From IMG/VR virus record IMGVR_UViG_3300045988_159959: 64,000 bases of DNA; one strand, 5' to 3'. The DNA is from a virus. The position numbers were made by a program, and so were the translations under genes. The notes under the pieces are model-generated. The model made no database searches. It had not been told where the DNA came from and saw only the letters and a list, made by a program, of their open reading frames with translations. Shown here one piece after another: positions 8,210 to 16,288 of this stretch; the first letter of the stretch is position 1; each line of letters opens with the position of its first letter.

Positions 8210-9643
8210 TTATTTCTTTTTCATTCTGGCTTTCAGAGCTTGCAATCTTGCTTTAGCCTTTGAAAGTTCTTCGTCCTTATCCGTAGCATCTTCATCGACC
8301 GGGGATTCTTCTTTTGATTCTTCCTCGTTTTCCGGTTCATCGTCCGACTCCGAATCGGCTGCCGTTTCCGTAGGAGCTTCATGAAGGGTAGAATCCATGT
8401 CTTCTTCTTCCGGGAAAGGAAGTGCCTCGCCAGCTTGTGCCAGATCATACCAAGAACGAACCTCTGCTATTGTCAGATCGTCCGGCAATTCAGCTTCCGG
8501 GTATTCTTCTCCAATATAATCTTCCAAGAACTTTTTCATCTTTGAAAGAGGTGGATAAGAAGCTACTTTTGCTGCTTTTTCTTTTGCCGGTGCACTTGCC
8601 GGATTCTTTCTCGGAGCAGATTTTTCTTCTTCCTCATCTTCGTTTTCCGGTTCTTCCGCTTTCTTTGACTTAGAAGTGGATTTTGTCTTTTTGGGAGCTT
8701 CATCTTCCCCCTCATCGTCTTTGCTACCCTCTTCCGGGATCAATGCAGCCATCTCCTCTATTTCAGTAAGGAAGCCATCATCAGCAAAAATATCGTATCC
8801 GTTTTCTTCGTCAAAACGCTTCAACCCGTCAAGAGCCATATTGAAATCTTTCTGTGAATAAACGTCCTTGTAGATTTCTTCCAGCGTAGGAACTTCATTC
8901 AAGAAATATTCCATGTCTTCGTCAGGAATAGCAGTTTCTTCAAAGAAATCATCCCAAGTTTGTCCTTTTTTTGGAATACCGGCAGACAAAGAGTAAGTTT
9001 TCTTTCCTTTGTCGTCTTCCCCCATTGTGATCACAAGCGGGTATGCTCCTTCCAATTGTGAGAAGATATCGAAAGAAACCGTTTCATCGTCTGACATCTC
9101 AACCGAGATTTCTTTTATGCGCTTCATCCATGTTCCATACAACTGCAAACGGGCAAAGTCTTTCGAGCCTTGATATACGTAGCAAACATACGCCAAAGTA
9201 GGATTAATACCCCACACAAACTTGTTTCCTTTCTTGTACCCCATGATAGGATTGAGGAACTTTCTGCGCTCTGCATCATCCTGATATTCTTCGGAAGCCT
9301 TTTTCCTCACATAGTCGCAGTACAGAACAATAGGGTCTTTCCCTTTCAAAAGACTATTTCCATGAATGTCGGCACAGAAAACATTCTTGTCTTTTACCTC
9401 CTTACCGGTCACTTTACCATTCTCGTCATAAGTAGGCACTTCTACACGTAATTTGGACATTTTGCAAGCTACATAAGCCTTGCCCATTGCCGGAACAACA
9501 CGGAATACGTTCTTTCCTTTCTGGACAGTCGCAAAGCCTGTATAGCTCTTATTGCCTTTGTACATTGTTTTTTCAGCCTGCTTTACTTCCGCTTCTACAT
9601 CTTCAATTGATTGCTTCTTGAATTTCGATTTGTCAAATTTCAT
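8210..9643 (-). CDS. gp32-like ssDNA-binding protein with a long acidic low-complexity tail
   Basis: Segments are collinear with T4 gp32 as I recall it (GKNVFRVVPA ~ GQAVIRFLPS; FARLQLYGTWMKRIKE ~ VFKYRFGKKIWDKINA; FFEETAIPDEDMEYF ~ FLNQSAIPNIDDESF). C-terminal ~170 aa are D/E/K-rich. Confidence 0.55.
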   Translation of the reverse strand: MKFDKSKFKKQSIEDVEAEVKQAEKTMYKGNKSYTGFATVQKGKNVFRVVPAMGKAYVACKMSKLRVEVPTYDENGKVTGKEVKDKNVFCADIHGNSLLKGKDPIVLYCDYVRKKASEEYQDDAERRKFLNPIMGYKKGNKFVWGINPTLAYVCYVYQGSKDFARLQLYGTWMKRIKEISVEMSDDETVSFDIFSQLEGAYPLVITMGEDDKGKKTYSLSAGIPKKGQTWDDFFEETAIPDEDMEYFLNEVPTLEEIYKDVYSQKDFNMALDGLKRFDEENGYDIFADDGFLTEIEEMAALIPEEGSKDDEGEDEAPKKTKSTSKSKKAEEPENEDEEEEKSAPRKNPASAPAKEKAAKVASYPPLSKMKKFLEDYIGEEYPEAELPDDLTIAEVRSWYDLAQAGEALPFPEEEDMDSTLHEAPTETAADSESDDEPENEEESKEESPVDEDATDKDEELSKAKARLQALKARMKKK

Positions 9644-9679
9644 GATTCTTTTTAATTTAATTGATTGATAAATAAATCG

Positions 9680-10210
9680 TTATTTCTCTTTTATGATTAA
9701 AAATGTGTTGATCTCACCTTCTACCAGATTGTCCAGAAATTCTTCCGGTGTCACCTTCGGAACCAACCCTGTCAATTTCTTGTCCTTTGACTGTAAAGCC
9801 CAATAGAGACTGTCTATTTCCGCCAAATGCTTTTTCTTTTTGACCAAATCCTTTTGCATGGCATGTAGTTCCGGGTTGATTGTCAAAATATCGTCCAAAG
9901 AACTTTCCGTAAGTTTCACAAGTCCTATGTCTTCTACCTTCACCTTTCCACCGTTTACAATAGATTCACGTCTTATCTGTGTGGCAAGTTGCGCTTTATA
10001 GACATTAAATTCCACTTTTGCAGATTCATATTCCGATTCTGCTTGTGACCTAAGAAGCCCTACTTTATTCAGTAAGACGGAACAAGTAGCGATTTCTCCA
10101 TATAAATTAGCGTGATCTATGGAAGTTACTGCGTCCATGTCCAATTCGTTTTTCAAATCATTGGAGAGTAAAACTATTGCTTTATCTCCTATATTTCTTA
10201 CCAATTTCAT
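9680..10210 (-). CDS. hypothetical protein (176 aa)
   Basis: Track ORF with a 4-nt overlap with the upstream DnaE-C ORF. Confidence 0.55.
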   Translation of the reverse strand: MKLVRNIGDKAIVLLSNDLKNELDMDAVTSIDHANLYGEIATCSVLLNKVGLLRSQAESEYESAKVEFNVYKAQLATQIRRESIVNGGKVKVEDIGLVKLTESSLDDILTINPELHAMQKDLVKKKKHLAEIDSLYWALQSKDKKLTGLVPKVTPEEFLDNLVEGEINTFLIIKEK

Positions 10211-13101
10211 ACCCCAAGTTTTATGAATTTACTATTACTGTTTACTTGCAATACATATTCTTCTTTGAACTTGTCAAAGTTAGCCTTTCCGCTTAATAGG
10301 AGAAGGTTTTTCTTTGTGGACTGAAAGAACTCTGCGTTTTCCTCATAATCGTCCGGGAAAATGACTACACGAAGGAACTTGTAATTGCTTTCAAGCAAAA
10401 GATTGGCAAACCGTCCTTTCTTTCCTTCTCTTTCTTCCACTTCTAAAACGTAACCGCCTACCATAACCATTTCATAGGTTGATCCGTCATAGTTCTGCAA
10501 ATCTTCCACATTGTAGAAAACCCCATTTTTGACTTTTGGTTTTAAATATTCTCTTACCAGCTCTTCATAGTCGAAGAAAGCAAATCCGGACTTGTTCTTT
10601 TGCTGCAATAGCCACCACCAATCCTTACCAATCTTTTTCTTTTCAAAGGCAAGAAAATATTCATCCTTTTCTTTATCAATTTTGATCTTATTCTTTTCTC
10701 GGCACTTTCCAAGCATGAACTCCCTTGCAGAAAAGATATTGGAAAATTCCCTTGTTTCATCCATCATATCGAACGCACCAGAATAGATAAGATTTTCAAT
10801 AACGGATTTATTCACTGCCGATCCTTTGAACGTATGACGATCAATAAATTCAGCCAAAGAAAAATACTCCCCATTTTTAGAGCGTTCTTCCATAATCTGA
10901 TTCTGTGCCTTTTCTCCTACTTGTTTTGTTGCATTGATTGCCCAATAGATACTATTATCTTTTTTGTCAGCCACAATGTTTATATCAGACTTGTTGATAT
11001 TTACAGGTTTGATTTCGATCCCTTCTGTCTGCTGCATTTCATTGACGTATTGAGGAAAGTCATCTTCACTTGCACGGGACAGAGCAACCGACCAAAATTC
11101 CAAAGGATAATGCACTTTCAGCCATAAAGAATTGTAAGCATTAATAGCGTAACTTGCTGAATGACTGTTACATGTTATAATCCCTTGATCTGTACAATAA
11201 TTATGATTCGGATCATCTATTTCCACATCGTAAACATTTTCTATTTTATCCAGTTCAATACTTACTATTTTCGATAAAGCAGATGGATATCCTTTCTCAC
11301 CTCTTTTCATCCTGCCAAATTCACGATAATGAATTTTCTTGTGACAAGAAGGACAGATAGCAATAAGATTTTCATCTTCATTATTTCTCCTGTTCCCGTC
11401 TCTATGGTGAATTTCCAATCTGCCTTCTTTCCCACAATTTTTACAAACTCCAAATCCACCATTTTTCTCTCTGAAAGATCCAAACTTAGAAGATTCTCCA
11501 TTTGTTTTTACAAAACCCATGTGTCCTTTTTTAGAGTTTAAAGATTCCGGATTGTATTTACTCCAATTTTTACCCCTCATATCGGTAAAATTGTATCGCT
11601 GACTATCCGTTTTCTCATACGGCATTTGCACATACAGATTATCTTCTCCTACTCTCAAATCTTTGCACATAACTTTACCTCTTTGAGTAGGGAATTTATG
11701 GTTGTCTGTTACAGATACAAAACGACCGTCCTCTAAAGTTATTTTATAAGTTTGCCTTACCCCAGCAAACCTAATATCTTTAATTTTTCGATCTCTTATA
11801 CGTCCATCTTCACACATAGTAAGACAAGTTCCATAGCCAACTCTCAAATATTTACTCCTAAGAGGAGTCCAATTGTTTGCTTTTGCAAATGCAAGATCGT
11901 TCTTAATCAAATACATTTCTTCGATAGTAGGTTGTCTTTTGTTTTTGGGACAAGAGTTTCTTAAAATTCTGTAACTGCCTGATATACAGCGGTTAAAAGC
12001 ATACAAACCAAATTTTTCCATCTGTTTCCAGAGTGCTTCTGCGCTTTCTTTCGTTACCCCTTTTGAAGCAAATCTCTTTACATACCCATCCACAAATTTA
12101 GGATGAATTTTCTCTACTTTGTCCTTCTTTTTTTTTGCAATTGCAGCACGAGCAACATCTGCTTCTTCTTCCGAAAAACCAGCAAGAACTTGCACCATTT
12201 TAACGATCTGTTCTTGGTATACTTGCACAGAATAAGTATTTTTCAGAATTTCTTCCGCTCCAATAGGGTATTCCGGCTCTTTTTCTCCGTTTTTCAAAGC
12301 AATGTAGTCCATGTGAAAACCATTTTCCATTGGCCCGGGACGGAACAAGGAAAGTGCTGCCACTACATCATCCATGTTTTTAGGCTTCAATTTTTGAGTA
12401 TAAGCGCACAATCCTTTTGCTGAAAACTGAAATATATCGCTAAGCCAACCGTTTGCAAAATATCTGTAAACCTCTGGATCATCATATTCTATATCAGAAT
12501 AGAGATTGATTTTCCTACCCGTATTCTTTTCAATCAGATTCAGAATATCAGTGAATTTGTCCAATTGCTCAATACCAAGAATATCTTCTTTCAAAAAACC
12601 GGCTTCGTCCATTTCTCCACCTTCCCATTCACTGACAATTAAATCGCCTGATTTTCTAACCGGACACCACTCATACATTGTCTTTTCTTTTGGAAAGATC
12701 ATCATAGCACAAGCATGAATAGAAGCTGCCTTTTGTTGTCCAAGAAGAAGAAAAACAATATTCATCATTTCTGGATATTTATTCAGAAATTGATTTACTT
12801 CTGACTTCTTGCAAGCAAGTTTCAAAAAATCTTCTTCTGTCTTTACATCTTCTATCATTTTAGTAAGCCTCCTAAGAGTAGGAATTGAGACTCCATAGAG
12901 CTTTCCTACATCGTTTATAGCCTGTTTTATCTGTAAAGTGGTATATGTACCCACAGAACAAACTTGCGAAGCTCCAAAACGATTTTCCATATATTGTTTT
13001 ACTGCCGGTCGGTATTCTCCCGGCACATCTGTATCAATGTCTAACGCTCCCCCTTGTCCGAAAACAAGGGGGAAATTGATCGGGGAGCGATCCCGGTACA
13101 A
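10207..13101 (-). CDS. dnaE: DNA polymerase III alpha (DnaE-type), C-terminal piece (palm/fingers/OB), carrying an HNH intein
   Basis: Palm catalytic DIDTD (aa 21-25), LFRPGPM, VYQEQIV; FN-R / intein / SHSASYAINAYNSLWLKVHYPLEFW. The start codon is TTG (13099-13101), 7 nt downstream of a GAGGTG SD-like motif, with an in-frame TAG at 13114-13116. The first in-frame ATG is codon 38, after the catalytic motif. Confidence 0.85.
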   Translation of the reverse strand: MYRDRSPINFPLVFGQGGALDIDTDVPGEYRPAVKQYMENRFGASQVCSVGTYTTLQIKQAINDVGKLYGVSIPTLRRLTKMIEDVKTEEDFLKLACKKSEVNQFLNKYPEMMNIVFLLLGQQKAASIHACAMMIFPKEKTMYEWCPVRKSGDLIVSEWEGGEMDEAGFLKEDILGIEQLDKFTDILNLIEKNTGRKINLYSDIEYDDPEVYRYFANGWLSDIFQFSAKGLCAYTQKLKPKNMDDVVAALSLFRPGPMENGFHMDYIALKNGEKEPEYPIGAEEILKNTYSVQVYQEQIVKMVQVLAGFSEEEADVARAAIAKKKKDKVEKIHPKFVDGYVKRFASKGVTKESAEALWKQMEKFGLYAFNRCISGSYRILRNSCPKNKRQPTIEEMYLIKNDLAFAKANNWTPLRSKYLRVGYGTCLTMCEDGRIRDRKIKDIRFAGVRQTYKITLEDGRFVSVTDNHKFPTQRGKVMCKDLRVGEDNLYVQMPYEKTDSQRYNFTDMRGKNWSKYNPESLNSKKGHMGFVKTNGESSKFGSFREKNGGFGVCKNCGKEGRLEIHHRDGNRRNNEDENLIAICPSCHKKIHYREFGRMKRGEKGYPSALSKIVSIELDKIENVYDVEIDDPNHNYCTDQGIITCNSHSASYAINAYNSLWLKVHYPLEFWSVALSRASEDDFPQYVNEMQQTEGIEIKPVNINKSDINIVADKKDNSIYWAINATKQVGEKAQNQIMEERSKNGEYFSLAEFIDRHTFKGSAVNKSVIENLIYSGAFDMMDETREFSNIFSAREFMLGKCREKNKIKIDKEKDEYFLAFEKKKIGKDWWWLLQQKNKSGFAFFDYEELVREYLKPKVKNGVFYNVEDLQNYDGSTYEMVMVGGYVLEVEEREGKKGRFANLLLESNYKFLRVVIFPDDYEENAEFFQSTKKNLLLLSGKANFDKFKEEYVLQVNSNSKFIKLGV
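11167..11988 (-). mobile_element. intein (274 aa) with an HNH endonuclease domain in DnaE
   Basis: Starts CISGSYRIL directly after FNR; block B VTDNHKF; HNH CKNCGKEGRLEIHHRDGNRRNNEDENLIAICPSCHKKIH; ends VYDVEIDD..GIITCN followed by S(HSASY). Removing it restores the conserved FN(K/R)SHSA motif. Confidence 0.8.
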
Positions 13102-13170
13102 ATCGCTCCACCTCTATTTCTTTAATTTTTTCTATTTTCATATACCAAAATATATTAAAATTAATAAAAA

Positions 13171-14400
13171 CTATTCATTTTCTTTAATACACATAGGATG
13201 TCTCTTCCCTCTGCATAATTTGATTTTCCTATACGAAGCATCTTTTGGATTATTCCCTTCGATATCCCGGATATTGAAACTACCTGTTTTTCTTCTACCA
13301 TATATAAACATTATTTTATTGTTATATAATACTTTATCAAATAAACGAAATCCAAAAACCTCAAATGGAGATTGATTCATACGTTTCAATCCTCCCTTCT
13401 GAATCTTTATTTTATGAATCTGGCGATTATGTCTTCTAATCAATTTTATCCTATAAAGGCAATTAATTCTATCAGCTTCGAAGTTCTTGGATATAATAAA
13501 AGCATCAGATGCATGAGATTTCTTTATGTTATGAATTATACGGTTGTGTTTCGTTACATAACCGTATGTCATGAATACGTTTGGATACAAACCTTTTAAA
13601 CAATCACACAACCTCCATCTCATTATCCCCATTACGGCAGCGTCGCGAAGCGACTTGCCTCTCCGTATCTTCAAGTCTATCTTACCTTTATGATAATCAT
13701 CATGACATGTCTCACATAAGGTTATTAAATTGGATGGAGAATCACCACCGGTTTTCCTTGATTCAATATGATGAACGTTAAGGACCTTGTTTTTTGACTT
13801 ACCCTTGCAATGACAGCATTTGTGACCATCACGGTATAAGACATATTCCCTTACGTTCCAAAAACCAAGTTGTTCTCCTTCTTGATATAATTTACCCTCT
13901 ATGTCAGGATTCTTGATCTTTTGTGTATCAAATTGAGCTACTTCAATAACGAGGCGAGTAATTGGCAAAATAGAATACACATTTTGAATAACGCGAATAT
14001 GAGCGTCTATCTTGTTCTGCACCGAAGGTGCTAACCATCCTTCACGTTTTGATTTTATCCTATTATCAAAACGAGGTTTTCTATACCTCAATCTTGACCG
14101 CCTTGTCCGTCTTAGCTCTCTCCTTGTAGACAAAAGATCTACCATATCACTTCTCAGAGTCACTTCACTCGCATAAAGCTCTTTGCTTTTCGTCGTTGCT
14201 GACAAACCAACATGTTTGGTTCCGGCATCAACGCCTAACGTAATTTCTTGTTTGTAACTATCGGATATGTACGTCAATCGGATGGTAAACGGACATAGGT
14301 TTACAACGACCGCCTGTTTTGTTTTAAGCAGTCTCCTAACCTTTCCATGCCTTGTTGTTGGCATAAGCGGTTTACCTTCTATGTTCTGTACATACACCAT
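13171..14400 (-). CDS. iscB: IscB RNA-guided nuclease (409 aa; PLMP-RuvC-bridge helix-HNH-RuvC)
   Basis: GKPLMPT (PLMP domain), LGVDAGTKHVGLS (RuvC-I, D58), RRELRRTRRSRLRYRKPRF (Arg-rich bridge helix), LVIEVAQFD (RuvC-II, E153), CCHC..NVHHIESRK..SNLITLCETCHDDYH (HNH), KSHASDAF (RuvC-III). C-terminal FEVFGFRLFDKVLYNNKIMFIYGRRKTGSFNIRD resembles a target-interaction domain. Confidence 0.88.
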   Translation of the reverse strand: MVYVQNIEGKPLMPTTRHGKVRRLLKTKQAVVVNLCPFTIRLTYISDSYKQEITLGVDAGTKHVGLSATTKSKELYASEVTLRSDMVDLLSTRRELRRTRRSRLRYRKPRFDNRIKSKREGWLAPSVQNKIDAHIRVIQNVYSILPITRLVIEVAQFDTQKIKNPDIEGKLYQEGEQLGFWNVREYVLYRDGHKCCHCKGKSKNKVLNVHHIESRKTGGDSPSNLITLCETCHDDYHKGKIDLKIRRGKSLRDAAVMGIMRWRLCDCLKGLYPNVFMTYGYVTKHNRIIHNIKKSHASDAFIISKNFEADRINCLYRIKLIRRHNRQIHKIKIQKGGLKRMNQSPFEVFGFRLFDKVLYNNKIMFIYGRRKTGSFNIRDIEGNNPKDASYRKIKLCRGKRHPMCIKENE

Positions 14401-14709
14401 TATTCACAAACAACATAATGTTTATTCAACATAAGTCAGGATAAAAATCCTGTTAGTACCCATCGCCAATGTTATCAAAGGTTTGTTGTAAGCAACACTG
14501 TTTCCCAAATACAAAAACTGTTTAATCACTTACCTTAGAACTACAGACTTGGGCAAATATCCGTAGGTAACTATCTATTCTTTAATAACGTAGTTCTTGT
14601 TTCAGAACTTAGGCTAATAACCAGATCCGATTTTACGGATGTATTAAAATGGGATAATGATTTTATCTGATTTTAATACTATTTGCGGTTATATTCTTGT
14701 TACTTGATA
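14401..14709 (-). ncRNA. candidate IscB omega-RNA (guide plus scaffold)
   Basis: A 309-nt ORF-free region immediately 5' of iscB, where IscB loci encode the omega-RNA. Several helices are visible: 14641-14650/14670-14679 (10 bp, perfect), 14625-14629/14636-14640, 14590-14597 pairing with either 14604-14609 or 14537-14544, 14484-14488/14493-14497, and 14437-14442/14447-14452. Exact ends were not determined. Confidence 0.55.
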
Positions 14710-16263
14710 TTAGACTAAAATGTCATCTCCTACTTTCAACGCTTTAGTTGTTATATTGATAGGAAGGATTTTCTTTTTCCCGTCTGCAAGAGTTACCTCA
14801 TACATCTTTTTCTTTTCAAAATGTCCTAATCGTCCTCTTGTCAAAAATCTTTCAAAAAGTAAGTTAAACTTCAAAGGATGTGTATTTATGATACCAAAAA
14901 GATAAGAAATTAAAGAACCGCTTGCACTTCCGCGACCCGCACCTAACAAAATGTTATTCTTTTTACACCAATTGACAATATCACGCAAAATCAAAAAGTA
15001 ATCCACAACATCACCAAACTTAATAATCTTAGATTCTCTTTCGATCCTTTCCACAAGCACATCTTCCGAGTAATCTTCCAAAAGTTCCGGTTTGTTCTCC
15101 AACCCTTCATAAATCAAAGAATCAAACATATCTTCATTGGAAGTGTATTTTTTCTTTTCTTCTTTTGTCATTTCATAACGGGGAAGATGTCGACTGTCAG
15201 TAGGAATTTCAAAGTTGCAATTTTCCGCAATCATATCAGCGTTAGTCCTTGCTACCATATAAAATTCCTCCCCTCTTTCACTATCCCCGAACAAAGAAAG
15301 AAGTTCTTCCATGTAAGTCGCTTCATCTTTGAAATACTGATTGCCGGATTTGTAGTTTACTTTCCCGTCAATCTTATTTACGACTTCCCGAAGTATGGCA
15401 TATTCCGGCTCAATATAATAAGCATCACAAATAGCTACGGGCTTCATTTTGGACTTATAGAACTGTTCAAAGTTCATCAAATAGAAGGTATCCCTATCGT
15501 TCTTTGTGTATTTCACGGTATCTACTTGCCAAAACACATTGGGTTTGTTTCTCAAAAGGATAGGAACATCTTCAAGCTGTATTGTTTTTGGATCGAATAC
15601 AATGTACACATCTGAAACATGTTCCGACATGTCTTTTGGAGAAACGAATTTTCCATTATCACCACAGTTCAAAATCTTGTTTAATGCAAGCAAATGCTGC
15701 CAGCCCTTTTCATTCTTTGCATAGACTTTGTAAGTATAGACAATATCCTTCTTTTCATCCTTTACCGGGACTTCCAGACCAAACACAGGGATGATTCCTT
15801 CTGCCTTGCAAGCGTTTTGAAATTTGAGCGCACCTGCCAAAGTTGCTTTTTCAACAATCCCCAATCTTTCTATTCCTAAGAATTTGGCTTTCTTTACCCA
15901 ATCCGGGTACAATCCCGTACCATTCAAAAGTTCAAACGATCCATGTACTCCCAAAAAATTAGTGGAAAGACCTGCCATTTCACTTTGTCCTCTCCATTTT
16001 ACCCGGTTAAGTTTAGGCTCGTTTTCCTTCCCTTTGTCCAATGTGTACCATACACCACCAAGACGAAAGATGTAACCATCTTCTTCGGTGCGTTCACAAT
16101 CCCAACGAAAATCCTCTGAAAAGAAATATCCATCTTCGTTAGGCTCAAAAACTTCGTATGATTTTCCCTCAAAGAAAACAGTGTAATTTTCTTTGTCGAG
16201 AGAGTATTGTATGGTATTGGAAGAAAGGTATTCTTCCAACTCATTTAAAAGTCGATCCATCAT
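14710..16263 (-). CDS. dnaE: DNA polymerase III alpha (DnaE-type), N-terminal piece (PHP domain and start of palm)
   Basis: PHP-like FLGVHGSFELLNG..AKFLGIERLGIVEKATLAG..IIPVFGLEV; GAGRGSASGSLISYLFGI; LLFERFL, followed by a 39-aa non-DnaE tail and a TAA stop. Confidence 0.85.
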   Translation of the reverse strand: MMDRLLNELEEYLSSNTIQYSLDKENYTVFFEGKSYEVFEPNEDGYFFSEDFRWDCERTEEDGYIFRLGGVWYTLDKGKENEPKLNRVKWRGQSEMAGLSTNFLGVHGSFELLNGTGLYPDWVKKAKFLGIERLGIVEKATLAGALKFQNACKAEGIIPVFGLEVPVKDEKKDIVYTYKVYAKNEKGWQHLLALNKILNCGDNGKFVSPKDMSEHVSDVYIVFDPKTIQLEDVPILLRNKPNVFWQVDTVKYTKNDRDTFYLMNFEQFYKSKMKPVAICDAYYIEPEYAILREVVNKIDGKVNYKSGNQYFKDEATYMEELLSLFGDSERGEEFYMVARTNADMIAENCNFEIPTDSRHLPRYEMTKEEKKKYTSNEDMFDSLIYEGLENKPELLEDYSEDVLVERIERESKIIKFGDVVDYFLILRDIVNWCKKNNILLGAGRGSASGSLISYLFGIINTHPLKFNLLFERFLTRGRLGHFEKKKMYEVTLADGKKKILPINITTKALKVGDDILV

Positions 16264-16288
16264 GTTTTCTTCTTTTCGTTTTCACAAG

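Larger units (their letters stand above)
13102..14709 (-). mobile_element. IscB + omega-RNA (OMEGA) insertion between the two DnaE ORFs (boundaries are the ORF ends; true element ends undetermined)
   Basis: The 1608-bp segment between the DnaE-N stop (14710-14712) and the DnaE-C TTG start (13101) contains only iscB plus 309 nt of 5' and 69 nt of 3' non-coding sequence. No TnpA gene. Confidence 0.7.

Noticed and set aside
14401-14709. CRISPR array next to the Cas9-like gene
   Set aside because: There is no periodic direct repeat/spacer structure, only unique hairpins. A single omega-RNA-type scaffold fits better.
13045-14829. Active split intein joining the two DnaE halves by protein trans-splicing
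   Set aside because: The Hint-like tail and head together are only about 55-60 aa, too short for a Hint fold. They lack Cys/Ser1, the terminal Asn and a +1 Cys/Ser/Thr. I kept this only as a remnant hypothesis.
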